Below, piece by piece: positions 45,640 to 54,275 of a DNA stretch of 64,000 nucleotides. How positions within the stretch are numbered: the stretch's first letter is position 1; every line of letters starts with the position of its first letter. The stretch is from Longimicrobiales bacterium (GTDB taxonomy: Bacteria > Gemmatimonadota > Gemmatimonadetes > Longimicrobiales > Gaopeijiaceae). The notes below the pieces were generated by a model that made no database searches, had not been told where the DNA came from, and saw only the letters and a list, made by a program, of their open reading frames with translations. The stretch covers positions 544,001 to 608,000 of the forward strand of contig CBDFIQ010000002.1 of assembly GCA_965248195.1 (NCBI GenBank). The letters are read 5' to 3'. Position numbers and translations under genes: made by a program.

Positions 45640-46953
45640 TTACTCCGGGATCAGCACGACCTGTACATCCATCACGTTGGTGCCGGTGGGACCGGTGACA
45701 ATGAGGTCGTCCAGCGCTTCGAAGAAGGGGGTCGAGTCGTTGGCGGCCAGCGCGGCCCCGGCGTCCAGCCCGAGTGCCTGCGCGCGAGCGATCGTCGTCT
45801 GGTCCGCGAAAGCGCCGGCGGCGTGGCTCGCACCATCAATACCGTCTGTCCCCATCGACGCCAGCAACAGGGCGCCCCGACCGTGTAAGGCCAGCGCGGC
45901 TCCCAGCACGAGCTCCTGATTGCGCCCTCCTTTTCCCGCGCCGCGCACGTCGACCGTCGTCTCGCCGGATGCGATGAGACACGCCGGAGGTGTGATCGGG
46001 CCCCGACCACCCCTGATCTCCAACCCTCGGGCAGCGAGCATGCGTCCAACCTCGTTCGCTTCGCCGCTCAACGTCGTGGTGAGGAGCCGCGCCCGATATC
46101 CCCGGCTCTCGGCTTCCCGAAGCGCGGCATGAGCAGCCAACCGGTTGCTTCCCACGATGCGGACCTCCACGTCGGCAAAATACGGTGCCTCGGGACCCGG
46201 TGACTCTGGAACCGCGCCCCGTGCCCCGGACTCCAGATATTCGAGCGCCGAGGCGGGGATCCGGTCTCGAGCCTGGTGACGGTCTACGATGGCCAGAGCA
46301 TCGGCGAATTTCGTCGGATCGGGTGAGAGCGGTCCGGAAGCGATGACATCCGGGCGGTCTCCCAACACGTCGGACAGGAGCAGCGCCACCACCCTGGCCG
46401 GCGCGGCGATCTGGGCCAGACGACCGCCCTTGAGCCGGTCGAGGTGCTTACGAACACAATTGAGTTCATCTATGGTGGCGCCGGCTCGGAGCAACATGTC
46501 CGTCGTCTCGCCAACATCGCGCAGCGTAACACCGGATGGGGGGAAGGTCATGAGCGCCGAGCCGCCACCCGAGATGAGGCAGAGCAGCAAGTCATCCGCG
46601 CCGAGCTCGTTGGCGAGTTGCGCGACCGCGCGGGCACCCCGTTCGCTACCATCGGTGGGGACGGGGTGTCCACCACGAAAGGCCCGGAGGTTACCGGGTG
46701 TGGGCATCTCCGTATCGGTCGGGGCGATGACCACCCCGTCCGCGACTCGCGGGCCGAGCATCTCGCACGCCGCCCGCGCCATGGCGGCCGCCGCCTTGCC
46801 CACGGCAACAACGTGAACGGGGGGGGTGCCTGGGAGGGTCTCGGGATGTTGTTCGAACACCTCCGTGACCAGACGGGTGGGATCCACCGCACTAACCGCC
46901 GCGTCGAGACACGCTCGTGCGTCCTCGCGAAGCCGACGGCCGCTAGCCTCCAC
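45640..46953 (-). CDS. Glycerate kinase type 2 (DUF4147 + MOFRL)
   Basis: GKAA, GHPVP, LISGGGSAL, ELN.VRKHL..LKGG, IASGP, GETTV, GGRNQE, GTDGIDG, TGPTGTNVMD. Confidence 0.93.
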   Translation of the reverse strand: MEASGRRLREDARACLDAAVSAVDPTRLVTEVFEQHPETLPGTPPVHVVAVGKAAAAMARAACEMLGPRVADGVVIAPTDTEMPTPGNLRAFRGGHPVPTDGSERGARAVAQLANELGADDLLLCLISGGGSALMTFPPSGVTLRDVGETTDMLLRAGATIDELNCVRKHLDRLKGGRLAQIAAPARVVALLLSDVLGDRPDVIASGPLSPDPTKFADALAIVDRHQARDRIPASALEYLESGARGAVPESPGPEAPYFADVEVRIVGSNRLAAHAALREAESRGYRARLLTTTLSGEANEVGRMLAARGLEIRGGRGPITPPACLIASGETTVDVRGAGKGGRNQELVLGAALALHGRGALLLASMGTDGIDGASHAAGAFADQTTIARAQALGLDAGAALAANDSTPFFEALDDLIVTGPTGTNVMDVQVVLIPE

Positions 46954-47043
46954 CCGTGCCGCGCTATCCGCCGTGCCGCGCTATCCGGCGGCCGTGCGGC
47001 TCACGTTCGTCCGGACAGCAAATGACCTTTTACCGGCCCGGAA

Positions 47044-48720
47044 TCACGCGCCGCCACTCCCCGCCAGATCTCCGCTTCTCGCCGAACGAACCAGATGGTC
47101 CGCCGCACGGAACGCGAGCGCCTGGATCGTCATGGTCGGGTGATTGCGGCCACCGGTGACGAGATTGCTGCCGTCGACGACGAACAGGTTGGGCACATCG
47201 TGGGCCCGGTGGTACCTGTCAACCACCGAGGTATTCGGGTCGATCCCCATCCGGCAGGTGCCGCGGTTATGCGCGCCACCAGTGCTATCGCGGACCGGAC
47301 CCGCCCAAACCGATTTACCCCCTGCCGCTTCGAGGACCTCGATCGATTTCTGTCTGAAGAACTCCATGTTCTTGATGTCGTCGGGATGACTCGTGGACGT
47401 GATGCGCATCGCAGGCAAGCCCCACTCGTCCTTCACGTTGGGGTCCAAATCCACACGATTGGTCTCGAGCGGCAGCTGCGTGGTGAAACAGGAGATCGAC
47501 ATCTTATGCCGCGATTCGTCCCTGAGCGCCTGCTTGTAGCCCGCTCCCCAGCGCGGTGCGCCAGGGCTCAGCCCTCCGAGGCCGTAACTGATCGGCGTGG
47601 CGTAGCCGCGGGAGGTCATGCGGCCGCCGCCATAGAATCCCCGGCTGGGATCGGACGGGACGTAGTCCACGATTCCGGTGCCGGACACGACGCCCTTGTA
47701 GTCATTCAGCGGATGCTCGAAGAGCGCGCTCGCGCCGGCGCCGCCTCCAAGCATGAGGTACTTGCCGACGACACCGTTCGAATTCGCGAGCCCATCCGGA
47801 AAGCGGGCCGACGTCGACATCAGGAGCAGACGAGCCGACTCCCCCGCGTTCGCGGACAGCACGACCGCTTTGGCTCTCTGAAATACTTCCTGTTTCTGGG
47901 CGTTGAAATAGGTGACCCCGGTCACTTGGCCGGCGTTGTCCACCGTGATTTCGCGGACGTAACTTCTGACGCGAACCTCACAGTTTCCGGTCTCGATGGC
48001 GAGAGGGATGACGGTGACCGCGGAACTCGAGCGCGCGCGTACGTGGCACCCATAGCCCGAACACATCCCGCAATTAACGCACCCGAGGCGGCCCATGTAC
48101 CCTTCGGTAATGATGGCGAGTGGGCCGGGCACCACGCTCAAGCCGAGCTTGGCAGCCGCCTTATAGAACAGGGCGCCCGAGGATTTCATCGGCACCGGGG
48201 GCACCGGGTACTCCCTGGACATCGGCGCGACAAACGGGGAATCCACGCGCTGTCCCGAGATACCCATCTCCCACTCTGCCTGCGTGTAATAAGGCTCCAA
48301 CTCGTCGTAGGTGACCGGCCAGTCCGCCAAACCGGTTCCGGCGATCGTTCCCACGGTGCTGGCTTCGTTGAACTCCCACGGCAGGTGGCGCCAACTGCTG
48401 CCCCCGTACGTGACGGTCCCGCCCCCGACGACGCATCCGTACGAGTGCCTGCCCGGACGGGCCTCTTCCCGGTCGTTCCTGCGAAACGTGTTGCGCTGCC
48501 GCGTGGGGTCGCTAGTCAACCGGTCTTCGAGGCCCGCGTTTCGATTGAGCAACTCGTCCTTCGTGTAATCGCGTTCGTGCCCGTATTTACCCCAGCCTCC
48601 TTGCTCGAGAACCACCACCGAGAAGCCGGCCATCGACAGCTGCTTGGCCATGATGCCCCCGGCGGCCCCGGAACCGATTACGACGAAATCAACCTCTTCC
48701 TGCTGCCTGTACTGTCTCAT
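47044..48720 (-). CDS. GMC-family oxidoreductase (gluconate 2-dehydrogenase flavoprotein-like)
   Basis: IGSGAAGG, VGGGT, C..CG.C..YGC, H..GTCRMG, NPTM-like HPTMTIQAL. Confidence 0.93.
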   Translation of the reverse strand: MRQYRQQEEVDFVVIGSGAAGGIMAKQLSMAGFSVVVLEQGGWGKYGHERDYTKDELLNRNAGLEDRLTSDPTRQRNTFRRNDREEARPGRHSYGCVVGGGTVTYGGSSWRHLPWEFNEASTVGTIAGTGLADWPVTYDELEPYYTQAEWEMGISGQRVDSPFVAPMSREYPVPPVPMKSSGALFYKAAAKLGLSVVPGPLAIITEGYMGRLGCVNCGMCSGYGCHVRARSSSAVTVIPLAIETGNCEVRVRSYVREITVDNAGQVTGVTYFNAQKQEVFQRAKAVVLSANAGESARLLLMSTSARFPDGLANSNGVVGKYLMLGGGAGASALFEHPLNDYKGVVSGTGIVDYVPSDPSRGFYGGGRMTSRGYATPISYGLGGLSPGAPRWGAGYKQALRDESRHKMSISCFTTQLPLETNRVDLDPNVKDEWGLPAMRITSTSHPDDIKNMEFFRQKSIEVLEAAGGKSVWAGPVRDSTGGAHNRGTCRMGIDPNTSVVDRYHRAHDVPNLFVVDGSNLVTGGRNHPTMTIQALAFRAADHLVRSARSGDLAGSGGA

Positions 48721-48743
48721 GACGTTTTTCTCCAGTTCCGAGC

Positions 48744-49331
48744 TTATCCGCGGGCTTGGGGGAGCGCGTCGTAGTAGCCGAACGGCGCCTCGTGGTCGAG
48801 AGAGTCATCATAGCCAAGGAGCTGCCAACCGACCTTGTCGTGATTGCCGCCGTGCACGGGGCTGGCGAAGAAGCCGGTGATGGTATGAGTCCGGACCAGG
48901 TTGAAGAACGGCGTGTCCTCGATCGCCGTGAGTACCTGGATCTGCTGGTCGAAGGTCAGCTCCGAGAATTTGCTGGCGTTCGGGAAGCTCTGGTGAGCTT
49001 GCGCCGCGAGATCTTTGAGGCCTTGCGTGTAGTCCGCCTGGCGTTCGCGTTCGAAGGTCACGAGGGCTCTGTCGATGAAAGAAACCACTCGGGCCTCGCG
49101 TGCGCCCGGCGTGTGGTCGGTCGGGATGATCTGGGCGGCCATCTCCTCGACCTCGACGGCCTGCTCGGGGGTGAAGAATGCGAACTTGGCCGGTTGCTCG
49201 GACTCGGCCGCCTTCAGCACATACTCTTCAGCCGCCAGGATGCCGGAGTAGTTGACCGCGACCCAGGCCCCGCCCAGGCCGGAAACCGACTCGATGAGAA
49301 ACGAACGTCGTGACTTCTCTTGGGTGCTCAT
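48744..49331 (-). CDS. Gluconate 2-dehydrogenase subunit 3 family (Tat)
   Basis: SRRSFL; IIP.D.TPGA.EA.V..FID; T..GFF..P..GGN....GW. Confidence 0.9.
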   Translation of the reverse strand: MSTQEKSRRSFLIESVSGLGGAWVAVNYSGILAAEEYVLKAAESEQPAKFAFFTPEQAVEVEEMAAQIIPTDHTPGAREARVVSFIDRALVTFERERQADYTQGLKDLAAQAHQSFPNASKFSELTFDQQIQVLTAIEDTPFFNLVRTHTITGFFASPVHGGNHDKVGWQLLGYDDSLDHEAPFGYYDALPQARG

Positions 49332-49517
49332 GCTCCCTCCCTGGGATACAGTCCTGGTTACCTGGGTTGCGTTCGCCGTACCGCGCCCTGCTTTCCGATG
49401 GACCCGTACGGCTGAATGTCCCCCATGTCAAGGTGTGTCGACCGACACCGGCCTCGAGACGCGCTAGCGACCCGATGGTGAGTGCTTCATGAGAACGCGC
49501 TGTTGGCACTCGGCCCG

Positions 49518-50159
49518 CTAGCGTCGCGTGTCGAGGAAATGTTCAGCGCGATTCCGCTCCTGCACCGTATTCACGTTCAGGAAGTCGATCTTTGAATCCG
49601 CGACCCCGGCGACGGCGTCTTCATCGATGAAAACCGCCCCGATGGCTTGTGCCAACCCACGCATCGACCGGTCTTCGGAGTGGAGCCTTTGCTCGACCGC
49701 CGATGCACACGCCGCTCGGTAAAGCGCACAGAGGGGCTCCGGACCATCCGAGCCCAAGGGGACGACTGCGGGAGCGTCGTCGCTCCAGCCGAGGACCGTC
49801 CGAAGCAGTGCCTCACTCACGAGGGGCATGTCGCACCCGAGAAGGAGGACGCCATCGTCTCCTCTTTCCCTGGCCCATTGGAGCGCTGTCCACAACCCGC
49901 CGATCGGGCCGAGTCCGGGCTCAAGATCGGGCCGAACCGGAACACCCAGCATGGCTTCCACACTGTCCTCGTCCGATATGACGCCGACCGGCAAGCCAGC
50001 CGCCTGAAGCGCACGCACGCCCCAACTCGCCATCGGAGCGCCGCCGAGCGGTGCGAACACCTTCGGCCGGCCGAACCGGCGGCTCTTCCCGCCGGCCAGG
50101 ATGACGCCGAAGGTCCGCTCGGTGGCGGGGCTCCCCCGGCGAATCTCAGAGTTCGACAC
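49518..50159 (-). CDS. mobA: Molybdenum cofactor guanylyltransferase
   Basis: ILAGGKSRRFG..K, GPIGGL..AL, CDMP, EPL.ALY, FLNVNT. Confidence 0.9.
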   Translation of the reverse strand: MSNSEIRRGSPATERTFGVILAGGKSRRFGRPKVFAPLGGAPMASWGVRALQAAGLPVGVISDEDSVEAMLGVPVRPDLEPGLGPIGGLWTALQWARERGDDGVLLLGCDMPLVSEALLRTVLGWSDDAPAVVPLGSDGPEPLCALYRAACASAVEQRLHSEDRSMRGLAQAIGAVFIDEDAVAGVADSKIDFLNVNTVQERNRAEHFLDTRR

Positions 50160-50597
50160 TTTTCTCCGTCAGGGGGGAGCGTCGCGAGAGATACTCGATG
50201 GGTGTCCACCATACAGGAAATGAACACGTTCGGCACGTTGCCACCCAGTGAGGGTCACTGGCGTGCGGGTCCTTACACTTGGTGGCCCTAACACTTGCTG
50301 GCCCTATTCCGGCGGGGTGAGGTCTCCAAAAAATTGGCAGGAGGGCGGCAGGAAGGCGCGGACAGTCGATCGGCGGCAAACCTCCGCCGCACAGTAGTTC
50401 TGACTCAAGAGCCCCCCCCAGGGTCATCAAAGCCAAGGCACCTGCCCGCACGTACCCTAAGTTCCAGTCTAGGCCCGCCGATACGATCGCGCAAGAGTTG
50501 GACAATACTAGCTTGTATGTCCCGATTCGTGAAATCGGGGGATCACATATTTCTGGGCGTCTTCCCCCCCGAGGGGTGGACTGCTTAGATTGGAAAC

Positions 50598-51977
50598 ATG
50601 ACACAGCAATTACATCTCTACTCCCACGATCCGATTCGGAGCCGCCTGGCACCGAAACTGGCGACCCTCATGCAGGAGGCGGGAGCCGCGAGCACCGGCC
50701 TGGTTTGGTCGTCCGGGGAGAATAGTGGAGTGCTTCACCCCTACCTGATGATTTGTGCCGAGGCAGAAGACGGATGTGGGTTCGAGAGCGTCCCGAAGGA
50801 ATTCATCGGGAGCAGCCGAAGGGAATCCGTGGTGGGACGGCTCCGCAGTGGCCAAACGAGGGCCAACACCTGGGCAGGTATCTTCCTGGCCGAGCGCCAC
50901 GGCCGATCCTGGTTCCTCGTCCTCCAAGGGGATCAGCGTTTGGAGGTCGGCAGGAGCTTGGGCCGTGCGGCGGAGATCGCCGCTTGGGTGGCGACGTGGG
51001 CGATCGGGCGCATCGAAGGCGCCGAGCCGACTACACACCTTTCCGTGATGGAGCTGATTGCCGAGGGTGAAGCCACGGAGGACGCCTCCGACTTCGAGGC
51101 GGCGATCACGCTGTATGGCCAAGCCCACGAGGCCGCTCTTTCCACCGCGAATGAGGCTTCGGCGCTCCGCACGGCCCGCTTCTTGGGTAGAGCGCTTCGC
51201 AAGCTGGGTCGATGGGACCAAGCCGTGGCTTGGTATGAGCAGACTCGTGATACGGCTCTTGCGCTCGGGAGGCTCGATGCCGCGGCCCACGTGGCCATCG
51301 GCCTGGCAAACGTCAGGCGGCACAAGGGTGCGATCCCAGCGGCCGAGGCTCTCTTCCGCTCGGCGATCGAGGAGGGAACCCAGTCCGGAGCCCGGCAGGC
51401 GGTCGCGCAGGGTTATTTCGGGCTCATGTTGATCCACCGCGATTCCGAAGCTTGGACGGAGGCCGCTCAAGCCGGATGGCGCGCCTTCACGGAAGCGCGT
51501 GGATTCTACGACGAGTGGGATATTCTCCATGCCCTCGGTGACTGCTTCCGCAGGCTGGGAAGATCGGAGGAGGCCTGGTGCTGCAACCTCATCACGATGA
51601 AGGGCTCGCCGCTTACCGAGACCCGACACCAGGCGGCCCAGAACCTCGCCGTGATGGCCGCCCTCGGAGGAGACGAAGCTTCCTTCGACTATTTTTCGTC
51701 CAAAGTCGACCTCACCGAAGTATCGGTGATGGGGCAAGGACAGATTCTCTTTGAGCGGGGTCAAGCCCTACTCGCCCTCGATCGCCCGGAGGGGCATGCG
51801 GCTCTGGAGGCAGCTCTCCGTTACGCCGAGGAGTTGAGGCTCGGTAAGCTCGTGTTCGACATTGAGGCGGCTCTCGAACTCGAGAGGCCCTGGGAGCCCT
51901 TGCTGGGCCCGACCCCCCTTGTTCGCGATACCGAAGAAGAAGAGATCCGGACCCAGCTCGAGCTGCTCGCTACCTGA
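50598..51977 (+). CDS. Tetratricopeptide-repeat protein with an uncharacterised N-terminal domain
   Basis: Consecutive TPR-like units (LGRALRKLGRWDQAVAWY; LANVRRHKGAIPAAEALF; LGDCFRRLGRSEEA; RGQALLALDRPEG) after about 140 aa of alpha/beta sequence. Confidence 0.85.
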   Translation: MTQQLHLYSHDPIRSRLAPKLATLMQEAGAASTGLVWSSGENSGVLHPYLMICAEAEDGCGFESVPKEFIGSSRRESVVGRLRSGQTRANTWAGIFLAERHGRSWFLVLQGDQRLEVGRSLGRAAEIAAWVATWAIGRIEGAEPTTHLSVMELIAEGEATEDASDFEAAITLYGQAHEAALSTANEASALRTARFLGRALRKLGRWDQAVAWYEQTRDTALALGRLDAAAHVAIGLANVRRHKGAIPAAEALFRSAIEEGTQSGARQAVAQGYFGLMLIHRDSEAWTEAAQAGWRAFTEARGFYDEWDILHALGDCFRRLGRSEEAWCCNLITMKGSPLTETRHQAAQNLAVMAALGGDEASFDYFSSKVDLTEVSVMGQGQILFERGQALLALDRPEGHAALEAALRYAEELRLGKLVFDIEAALELERPWEPLLGPTPLVRDTEEEEIRTQLELLAT

Positions 51978-51990
51978 GCTTAACCTACCG

Positions 51991-52116
51991 TCAATCGCAG
52001 TAGCTGTTCGGGTCCACCACGCCGTCGCAATTCGCCAAATCCGTCGGTGAACCCCCACATGCCGTCATGATTCCCGTGATCGCCAGGAACACCCACATCG
52101 TCACCAGCTTTCTCAT
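51991..52116 (-). CDS. 41-aa putative lipopeptide precursor (below ORF-track cutoff)
   Basis: MRKLVTMWVFLAITGIMTACGGSPTDLANCDGVVDPNSYCD; SD GAGGAGG 7 nt upstream of ATG; basic N-terminus, hydrophobic core, lipobox-like TAC. Confidence 0.8.
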   Translation of the reverse strand: MRKLVTMWVFLAITGIMTACGGSPTDLANCDGVVDPNSYCD

Positions 52117-52223
52117 CCTGTGCCTCCTCTGAACCGAGCCAAGGGGCGGACATGGGGAAGCCATGACGCCCCCGCACAGGAATCAAGCTGGTAATGTACA
52201 AAAACACAATAATTAGTTTTATT

Positions 52224-53099
52224 TTAGTTCGTCTCTTCTCCCGTTTGCGGTTGCGATACCCGTGACAGAAAGGGGTCGATACTCAAGCCCCGGTCGTCGA
52301 GCCCGACTTCATCGGCACTCTCCGGGGCGTATCCCACGGCCCGCTTATAAGCCAGCCAGGCGATCTCGTCGTCGTAACGCACCAGCCGGAGTTGCCTGAG
52401 TTGCCGGATCGCGTCCTCGGTGATGGATATCCAACCTTGATTCGGGTAACGGTCACAGAACTCCTGATCATTCTTCCACTCCTCCGCGAACGCGATCAGC
52501 CCCTCGACCAGGGCGGGAAGCTCGCCCTCGTTCGTGGCCGCAGCCGTTCGCCGCTGGTCGTGGAGCTCCAGGAAACGCTCGATCTTGCCTTCGGTCGAGG
52601 CGTTCGGGCCGCGGGTCGGCCATCGGCCTTGGCGGTACTGCCGAACCGTCTCATGGTTCAGGTCGCAGATCCGCTCAACCTCCAGATCGCTGTATTCGGA
52701 AATTGCGGAGAGGAACCGGCGCCGTAGTGACTCGGGGTCGTGGGGAGCCGCCGGTCGACCTGGGCCGCCCGGCTGTGGTTCCCGGAGAATCCGTCGGATG
52801 GCGGAAAGCTGCCGTTCGTCTTCGTCAGGCGAGCCCCTAGGTCCGCCGGGATCCTCCTCGAAAAAGCTCGCCGGCGACGCCCGAAAGGCGCGGCATACGG
52901 CATCGACGTAAGCGATCGGGACTTTTTTGGTTCGTCCCTCCTCATACCCGCGCACGGCGGCGGGGGACACTTGAAATCCGGCGTCGCTCACCCGCTTGGC
53001 AAAATCATCCCACCCCAGTCTCGATCCAGAACGGAGCTCCCGTAGGATTTTTTGCACTCTCCGTTCTGAAGAATTTGGCCCACCCATGTCCGCCCCCAT
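52224..53099 (-). CDS. XRE-family regulator with two HTH-like domains
   Basis: LRELRSGSRLGWDDFAKRV......SPAAVRGYEEG...P...V.AVC.AF; second unit SDLEVERICDLNHETVRQYRQG. Confidence 0.75.
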   Translation of the reverse strand: MGADMGGPNSSERRVQKILRELRSGSRLGWDDFAKRVSDAGFQVSPAAVRGYEEGRTKKVPIAYVDAVCRAFRASPASFFEEDPGGPRGSPDEDERQLSAIRRILREPQPGGPGRPAAPHDPESLRRRFLSAISEYSDLEVERICDLNHETVRQYRQGRWPTRGPNASTEGKIERFLELHDQRRTAAATNEGELPALVEGLIAFAEEWKNDQEFCDRYPNQGWISITEDAIRQLRQLRLVRYDDEIAWLAYKRAVGYAPESADEVGLDDRGLSIDPFLSRVSQPQTGEETN

Positions 53100-53113
53100 T
53101 TCCCCCGCGACCC

Positions 53114-54022
53114 TCAGGGAGCCCCGGTCAGCTCCTCGCTCAGCCTCCAGAGCTTCGCGCGAGCCTCCTCGTCGTATGACTGGGCATGCGCGCGCCCGGG
53201 CCGCTGGCCCACGAAATATCCGCCGCTCCCGATGTCCGGTGAGTTGACGAGCTGCATCACCGCGTCCGCTCCTTCGTCGACCGTGGTGCTCGGTGTGACG
53301 CCGGCTCTCCGCACCATCGGGGTGTCCATGTAGGTGGCCGGGTGCAGCGTGTTCACGATCACCTCTCTACCCTTGAGCTCTTCTGCTAGATCGAAAGTGA
53401 ACATGACTTGGGCGAGTTTGCTTTGGGCGTACGCCCGCCCACCGCTGAAGTTGTTCTCGAGCATCACGTCGTCGAAGTCGATCGGCGTCTGAGCACCCGA
53501 TGAAACGTTGACGAGGCGCGATGGTGCACTCTCGAGGAGCCGGGGCAGAAGCATGCGGGTGAGCAGGAAGTGCGAGAGGTGGTTCACTTGGAAGAGCAAC
53601 TCGTGGCCGTCCTCCGAAAGAGCCCGCCCGTTGGGGGCCGAGGCGATGCCAGCGTTGTTGATGAGGACGTCGAGTCGGTCGTAGTCGCGGAGAACCGCTT
53701 CACCGAATTCCCGAACTTGCTCGAAGGAGGCGAGGTCCGCACGGTAGAAGCGGGCGCCACCGATGCCCTGGCTCTCGATCGCCTCGACGACTTCCATTGC
53801 CCGCTCACGGTGGCGGCCGTGGACGATGACATGCGTGCCCATCGAGCCGAGCCGCAGCGCGAGCTCACGGCCCAACCCGCTGGTCGAGCCCGTGACGAGG
53901 GCGACCCGCTGACCGGGTCGGGGGGTCGATACCTGCGCGTCGGCCGAGGGGGCGGTTACGGCCGATGCGGACACGAAGGCGGCGACGAGCATTGCGACCA
54001 CCGGGGCGCGGGGGGAAGACAT
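53114..54022 (-). CDS. Short-chain dehydrogenase/reductase with signal-like N-terminus
   Basis: TGSTSGLG, NNAG, VNVSS, YAQSK. Confidence 0.93.
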   Translation of the reverse strand: MSSPRAPVVAMLVAAFVSASAVTAPSADAQVSTPRPGQRVALVTGSTSGLGRELALRLGSMGTHVIVHGRHRERAMEVVEAIESQGIGGARFYRADLASFEQVREFGEAVLRDYDRLDVLINNAGIASAPNGRALSEDGHELLFQVNHLSHFLLTRMLLPRLLESAPSRLVNVSSGAQTPIDFDDVMLENNFSGGRAYAQSKLAQVMFTFDLAEELKGREVIVNTLHPATYMDTPMVRRAGVTPSTTVDEGADAVMQLVNSPDIGSGGYFVGQRPGRAHAQSYDEEARAKLWRLSEELTGAP

Positions 54023-54275
54023 TCCCTTTGATTAACAACACCACGCTTCGAAAAGCAAGCACACACTCCAGTCGCGCGGGCCGCACAAACCGCGGAGCGC
54101 CTGCGGCAGGTCGCCGTCCTCAACCCATATAGGCGAGCGGGGGGAGGTGGACCGCCCTGGCACAGGAGTCCGGGTTGTCTCACATTCTCCCGCCCCCAAT
54201 TTCGTGCAGCGATGACCTTGTACCATGACCTGAGGTGTTCGATGACCAAGGCGTGGAGGCTGACATCGAGATCCC

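Noticed and set aside
51980..52207. 75-aa and 96-aa ORF-track calls overlapping the peptide locus
   Set aside because: They lack an SD and protein-like features; the 41-aa frame has a strong SD and a signal peptide.
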